Assembly (NCBI RefSeq): GCF_003334305.1 | Contig: NZ_QOWS01000003.1 | Reading direction: 5' to 3' (one strand) | DNA: 64,000 nt | DNA from: Escherichia coli | Lineage (GTDB): Bacteria; Pseudomonadota; Gammaproteobacteria; Enterobacterales; Enterobacteriaceae | Shown: positions 62,049 to 64,000 of the stretch, piece by piece | Layout of the letters: each line of letters starts with the position of its first letter | Numbering within the stretch: the stretch's first letter is position 1 | Position numbers and translations under genes: made by a program | Notes under the pieces: generated by a model | The model's database searches: none | Seen by the model: the letters and a program-made list of their open reading frames with translations, nothing else | Told to the model about the DNA's origin: nothing

Positions 62049-62362
62049 TTGGGGCCAAACTGTCCATATCATAAATAAGTTACGTATTTTTTCTCAAGCA
62101 TAAAAATATTAAAAAACGACAAAAAGCATCCAACTGTTTGATATGTAAATTATTTCTCTTGTAAATTAATTTCACATCACCTCCGCTATATGTAAAGCTA
62201 ACGTTTCTGTGGCTCGACGCATCTTCCTCATTCTTCTCTCCAAAAACCACCTCATGCAATATAAAAATCTATAAATAAAGATAACAATAGAATATTAAGC
62301 CAGCAAATAAACTGAAAAAGTTTGTGCGCGATGCTTTCCTCTATGAGTCAAAATGGCCCCAA
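62049..62362. promoter_or_regulatory. fimS: fimS invertible element (314 bp) bounded by 9-bp inverted repeats
   Basis: IRL ttggggcca lies at 62049-62057 and IRR tggccccaa at 62354-62362. The span is exactly 314 bp, between fimE and fimA. Confidence 0.93.
62068..62097 (-). promoter_or_regulatory. fimA sigma70 promoter inside fimS, currently pointing toward fimE (phase OFF)
   Basis: The minus strand reads TTGAGA (62097-62092), an 18-nt spacer, then TATGAT (62073-62068), next to IRL and directed away from fimA. Confidence 0.6.
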
Positions 62363-62481
62363 ATGTTTCATCTTTTGGGGGAAAACTGTGCAGTGTTGGC
62401 AGTCAAACTCGTTGACAAAACAAAGTGTACAGAACGACTGCCCATGTCGATTTAGAAATAGTTTTTTTAAAGGAAAGCAGC

Positions 62482-63030
62482 ATGAAAATTAAAACTCTGG
62501 CAATCGTTGTTCTGTCGGCTCTGTCCCTCAGTTCCGCAGCGGCTCTGGCCGATACTACGACGGTAAATGGTGGGACCGTTCACTTTAAAGGGGAAGTTGT
62601 TAACGCCGCTTGCGCAGTTGATGCAGGCTCTGTTGATCAAACCGTTCAGTTGGGCCAGGTTCGTACCGCTAGCCTGAAGCAGGCTGGAGCAACCAGCTCT
62701 GCCGTTGGTTTTAACATTCAGCTGAATGATTGCGATACCACTGTTGCCACAAAAGCCGCTGTTGCCTTCTTAGGTACGGCAATTGATGCTACGCATACTG
62801 ATGTACTGGCTCTGCAGAGTTCAGCTGCGGGTAGCGCAACAAACGTTGGTGTGCAGATCCTGGACAGAACGGGTGCTGCGCTGGCGCTGGACGGTGCGAC
62901 ATTTAGTTCAGAAACAACCCTGAATAACGGAACCAACACCATTCCGTTCCAGGCGCGTTATTTTGCAACCGGTGCCGCAACCCCTGGCGCAGCTAATGCG
63001 GATGCGACCTTCAAGGTTCAGTATCAATAA
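62482..63030 (+). CDS. fimA: Type 1 fimbrial major subunit FimA
   Basis: Trimmed to [23 protein letters not shown] (182 aa). It has a Cys pair (AACAVDAGS...LNDC) and the C-terminal ...[10 protein letters not shown]. Confidence 0.94.
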   Translation: MKIKTLAIVVLSALSLSSAAALADTTTVNGGTVHFKGEVVNAACAVDAGSVDQTVQLGQVRTASLKQAGATSSAVGFNIQLNDCDTTVATKAAVAFLGTAIDATHTDVLALQSSAAGSATNVGVQILDRTGAALALDGATFSSETTLNNGTNTIPFQARYFATGAATPGAANADATFKVQYQ

Positions 63031-63094
63031 CCTACCCAGGTTCAGGGACGTCATTACGGGCAGGGATGCCCACCCTTGTGCGATAAAAATAACG

Positions 63095-63634
63095 ATGAAA
63101 AGGAAGAGATTATTTCTATTAGCGTCGTTGCTGCCAATGTTTGCTCTGGCCGGAAATAAATGGAATACCACGTTGCCCGGCGGAAATATGCAATTTCAGG
63201 GCGTCATTATTGCGGAAACTTGCCGGATTGAAGCCGGTGATAAACAAATGACGGTCAATATGGGGCAAATCAGCAGTAACCGGTTTCATGCGGTTGGGGA
63301 AGATAGCGCACCGGTGCCTTTTGTTATTCATTTACGGGAATGTAGCACGGTGGTGAGTGAACATGTGGGTGTGGCGTTTTACGGTGTCGCGGATGGTAAA
63401 AATCCAGATGTGCTTTCCGTTGGAGAGGGGCCAGGGATAGCCACCAATATTGGCGTAGCGTTGTTTGATGATGAAGGAAACCTCGTACCGATTAATCGTC
63501 CTCCAGCAAACTGGAAACGGCTTTACTCAGGCTCTACTTCGCTACATTTCATCGCCAAATATCGTGCTACCGGGCGTCGGGTTACTGGCGGCATCGCCAA
63601 TGCACAGGCCTGGTTCTCTTTAACCTATCAGTAA
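63095..63634 (+). CDS. fimI: Fimbrin-like protein FimI
   Basis: Trimmed to [23 protein letters not shown] (179 aa). The C-terminal [10 protein letters not shown] is a pilin-like beta strand. Confidence 0.9.
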   Translation: MKRKRLFLLASLLPMFALAGNKWNTTLPGGNMQFQGVIIAETCRIEAGDKQMTVNMGQISSNRFHAVGEDSAPVPFVIHLRECSTVVSEHVGVAFYGVADGKNPDVLSVGEGPGIATNIGVALFDDEGNLVPINRPPANWKRLYSGSTSLHFIAKYRATGRRVTGGIANAQAWFSLTYQ

Positions 63635-63670
63635 TTGTTCAGCAGATAATGTGATAACAGGAACAGGACA

Positions 63671-64000
63671 GTGAGTAATAAAAACGTCAATGTAAGGAAA
63701 TCGCAGGAAATAACATTCTGCTTGCTGGCAGGTATCCTGATGTTCATGGCAATGATGGTTGCCGGACGCGCTGAAGCGGGAGTGGCCTTAGGTGCGACTC
63801 GCGTAATTTATCCGGCAGGGCAAAAACAAGTGCAACTTGCCGTGACAAATAATGATGAAAATAGTACCTATTTAATTCAATCATGGGTGGAAAATGCCGA
63901 TGGTGTAAAGGATGGTCGTTTTATCGTGACGCCTCCTCTGTTTGCGATGAAGGGAAAAAGAGAGAATACCTTGCGTATTCTTGATGCAACTAATAACCAA
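63671..64000 (+). CDS. fimC: Periplasmic fimbrial chaperone FimC, 5' part (runs off the window)
   Basis: A GTG at 63671 opens a frame that stays open to the window end. It reads (M)SNKNVNVRKSQEITFCLLAGILMFMAMMVAGRAEAGVALGATRVIYPAGQKQVQLAVTNNDENSTYLIQSWVEN..., a PapD-like chaperone N-terminus. It is absent from the ORF track because there is no stop in the window. Confidence 0.9.
   Translation, partial: MSNKNVNVRKSQEITFCLLAGILMFMAMMVAGRAEAGVALGATRVIYPAGQKQVQLAVTNNDENSTYLIQSWVENADGVKDGRFIVTPPLFAMKGKRENTLRILDATNNQ

Overview
This window is Escherichia coli chromosome, collinear with the K-12 map from mpl to fimC. The conserved order is mpl'-yjgA-pmbA-cybC-nrdGD-treCBR-mgtLA-ridA-pyrIBL-yjgH-bdcAR-tabA-yjgL-argI-rraB-yjgM-yjgN-valS-holC-pepA-lptFG-yjgR-ahr-leuX, then nanSMC-fimB-fimE-fimS-fimAIC'. 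It is not K-12. cybC is intact, the idnRTODK cluster between yjgR and ahr is missing, and yjgL is broken. The segment downstream of tRNA-Leu(CAA) leuX (about 34.3-55.9 kb) is a roughly 21.6-kb island led by a frameshifted P4-type integrase, in the position K-12 fills with KpLE2. Every intact gene on the island lies on the minus strand and looks defence-related. There is an HNH_2-family nuclease, then a McrB/McrC pair with a coupled third small gene. Next comes the main finding, a nine-gene translationally coupled operon at 35966-50885. It encodes an HsdM-like N6-adenine methyltransferase, a two-TRD HsdS-like specificity subunit, a 433-aa unknown, a 1428-aa P-loop giant, a 282-aa unknown, a 385-aa unknown, a HerA/FtsK-like ATPase, a 180-aa unknown and a complete Hanks-type Ser/Thr kinase with a helical-repeat tail. 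It has no HsdR, no PglZ and no other signature of a textbook system. I read it as a methylation-linked multi-enzyme defence system of unusual or undescribed type. Elsewhere I could read regulatory sites directly from the sequence: a PhoP box with mgtL, the pyrBI attenuator, ARG boxes, NrdR boxes with an FNR site, a TreR-type palindrome, a NanR GGTATA operator, and fimS in the OFF orientation. I also saw REP, ERIC-like and boxC-like repeats. No CRISPR array, rRNA or IS element was seen. All homology statements rest on motif reading and recall, not on database searches.
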